From an uncultured archaeon (GTDB lineage Archaea; Asgardarchaeota; Thorarchaeia; Thorarchaeales; CAZPUN01): a stretch of 19,344 nucleotides of DNA. The notes beneath the pieces were generated by a model. It was not told where the DNA came from and did no database searches. It saw nothing but the letters and a program-made list of their open reading frames with translations. The stretch lies in NCBI GenBank assembly GCA_964589775.1, contig CAZPUN010000022.1, positions 1-19,344 of the forward strand, given 5' to 3'. This document shows positions 17,151-19,344 of this stretch, piece by piece (the stretch's first letter is position 1; the number at the start of each line of letters is the position of its first letter). The translations under genes were made by a program, and so were the position numbers.

Positions 17151-19078
17151 ACAGTTCCTTTATAGTAGTTGAGAAGACCCCCTGCAAGTGCAATCTTCTT
17201 TTCGCGTTCTGAGAAATCATGAGCAACTTCGATTACCATGTTGCCGCGAGTCTTGTTTATTAGATGGATTTCGTAGATATCTTCTTCAATCGCCTTGCGT
17301 ATATTTTCAAGTAAAATGACATCATGGACCTCAGTGAGTTGATAATCTACATCCTCAAGGAATCTCAGAGGCAGAATTCCTACGTTAATCAAATTAGTTC
17401 GATATGCTCTTGCAAACGACTTTGCAATTATTGCACGAACACCAAGACATAGCGGAGCAAGTGCAGCATCCTCCGTAGAAGCACCTTGACCAAAATTCTC
17501 TCCTGCAATAATAATGCCTCCGCCTTTCTCTTTTGCTTTTGTTGCTCGAGTTATGAATGCATTATCGATTTCCGATAAAGTGCATTGGCATAATGAAGAG
17601 AAATCAGAACGACATGAAAATGAATTTCGAGTGATCGGTAATATATCATCTGTAGATATGTTATCGCCTAATTTTGCTACTGTATTGAGTTTCATATGGT
17701 CCGGCAGCGGCTCAATTGTTGGAATTTGAGAAATGTGTGGGCCTTTAATCACTTTAACTTTCGAACCATCCTTCGGAGGCGGAATCAACATTGAATCGTC
17801 AAGTTCAATATGCTCTGGAAGTTCAATCTTGGGCGGCGGTCCGAGAACCTTAGGATGCACAATCTTTCCATGTATGGCAGATGCTACAGCAACCGCAGGA
17901 CTACATAGATAAACGTTGGCATCAAAAATTCCACTACGACCCTTGAAGTTTCTATTAAATGTCCTTAATGATACACTGCCAGTAGGCGGCATAAATCCCT
18001 GTCCTATGCACGGTCCGCAGGCATTCTCGAATATTCTGGCTCCAGCACTAATTATTTTCGCAAGGTCGCCAGAGTCTGCAAGATATTTCATGACCTGCCT
18101 CGAACCGGGAGATATTCCAAGTGCTGTATCTGGGTGTACCCGATGCCCGTCTAAAAGAGACGCAACGGTCATCAGATCCTTTAATGAGGAATTTGTGCAT
18201 GACCCTATTGCAACTTGATCAACTTTTAGACCCGCAACTTCAGATACTGGAACAACATTATCCGGAGAACCGGGTTTCGCAATCAAAGGCTCAAGAGCAT
18301 CCAGATCAATCTCGATGATCTCATCAAAATCCTTCTCTTTCGCTTCCGGAATAGCAATCCACTCATCTTCGCGGTTCTGCAACTTGAAATATGCTTTAGT
18401 AACCTCATCCGATGGGAATATTGAAGTTGTGGCTCCGGTTTCAGAACCCATATTGGCAATCGTTGCGCGCTCGGGAACCGTCAGGTCTTTTATTCCGGGA
18501 CCAAAATATTCGAATGCTTTCCCAATTCCACCTCGAACGCTAATTCTACGAAGTAGCTCTAATATTACATCTTTAGCACAAACATAATCCGGTCGCTTGC
18601 CGACCAAGCGGACCCCTACAATTTTTGGCGTCTTTAGATAGAAGGCACCTCCACCCATCGCAAACGCGACATCTAAGGCACCGGAACCAAAAGCGAGCAT
18701 TCCTACCGCACCTGCAGTAGGCGTATGAGAGTCGGAACCTAATAATGTCTTTCCGGGTTTTGCAAATCGCTCTAGATATACCTGATGACAGATTCCATTG
18801 CCCGGCTTGGAGTAATATATTCCATAGCGCGCCGCTACAGATTGAAGATATCTTTGATCGTCAGCATGCTTGTAATCTATTTGAAGTGTATTATGATCCA
18901 CAAAAGAAACGGAATGTTCCGTCTTTACACGGTCTAACTCAAGAAGTTCAAAACCGAGATAAGCAAGAATACCAATCGCATCTTGTGTCAATGTACAATC
19001 AATCTTAAGACCGATTTCGTCACCATATTCTCCTGCTACAATATGCTCTCTCATTATCTTCTCAATTATCGATACCAT
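17135..19078 (-). CDS. Aconitate hydratase family protein (short single-chain type) with a degenerate active site
   Basis: VDHN, GICHQ, GSDSHT, ANMGSE, GSCTNSS, CGPCIG and NRNFKGR are present, as is a C-terminal swivel domain. The canonical GxGSSREHA reads GQGASTEDA. Confidence 0.93.
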   Translation of the reverse strand: MVSIIEKIMREHIVAGEYGDEIGLKIDCTLTQDAIGILAYLGFELLELDRVKTEHSVSFVDHNTLQIDYKHADDQRYLQSVAARYGIYYSKPGNGICHQVYLERFAKPGKTLLGSDSHTPTAGAVGMLAFGSGALDVAFAMGGGAFYLKTPKIVGVRLVGKRPDYVCAKDVILELLRRISVRGGIGKAFEYFGPGIKDLTVPERATIANMGSETGATTSIFPSDEVTKAYFKLQNREDEWIAIPEAKEKDFDEIIEIDLDALEPLIAKPGSPDNVVPVSEVAGLKVDQVAIGSCTNSSLKDLMTVASLLDGHRVHPDTALGISPGSRQVMKYLADSGDLAKIISAGARIFENACGPCIGQGFMPPTGSVSLRTFNRNFKGRSGIFDANVYLCSPAVAVASAIHGKIVHPKVLGPPPKIELPEHIELDDSMLIPPPKDGSKVKVIKGPHISQIPTIEPLPDHMKLNTVAKLGDNISTDDILPITRNSFSCRSDFSSLCQCTLSEIDNAFITRATKAKEKGGGIIIAGENFGQGASTEDAALAPLCLGVRAIIAKSFARAYRTNLINVGILPLRFLEDVDYQLTEVHDVILLENIRKAIEEDIYEIHLINKTRGNMVIEVAHDFSEREKKIALAGGLLNYYKGTVKNKK

Positions 19079-19344
19079 TTACCTAGCCACCACTTTTTAT
19101 ATATATGCATAAATCTATGTAAAAAGCACTAAAAGAACTTTACTCTTCCTTTTTTTATTATTTAGATACATAAAATGAATGATTTAAAACATGTATATAA
19201 TAATAAAATTGTTTTATCAAATGACCAAATATTTATTTTCGACAGAATTTAATCATTTATATCAAAATACCATTAATATCATATTTGCCCTATATTTTTA
19301 TCATTAATAATATCAAATTTTATAGACTAAACAAATAGAAATTA

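Noticed and set aside
4346-19008. Other short ORFs nested in or antisense to the main genes (e.g. 7765..8292, 16583..16990, 17916..18218)
   Set aside because: They overlap well-supported genes and carry no recognisable motifs.

Overview
AT-rich, archaeal-looking DNA (TTTATATA boxes, GGAGG/GGTGA ribosome-binding sites, oligo-T terminators). The WD40, TPR and giant secreted protein content suggests an Asgard-type archaeon, but that is inference. Eight genes can be supported. The left half is a mirror-symmetric locus: [giant secreted protein A <-][WD40 <-][-> HAD phosphatase][-> giant secreted protein B]. Gene A (1..3575, minus strand) is missing from the ORF track because it runs off the window edge. 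A and B are collinear but diverged paralogues, with A more acidic and B more basic. Each has a signal peptide, a caspase/gingipain-like His-Cys domain, a beta-rich core, and Ig-, CUB- and CBM-like modules. They share one in-frame, GC-richer inverted repeat of at least 445 bp (14 mismatches, no indels by manual alignment). The repeat encodes an apparently circularly permuted carbohydrate-binding module, and recombination across it would invert about 9.3 kb and swap the two C-termini. The right half holds an orphan gamma-class amino-DNA methyltransferase, a membrane-anchored M1 aminopeptidase, a TPR protein and an aconitase homologue. The aconitase keeps its Fe-S cysteines but has lost the catalytic Ser and a substrate-binding Arg. 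No RNA genes, CRISPR array, transposase or recombinase were seen.
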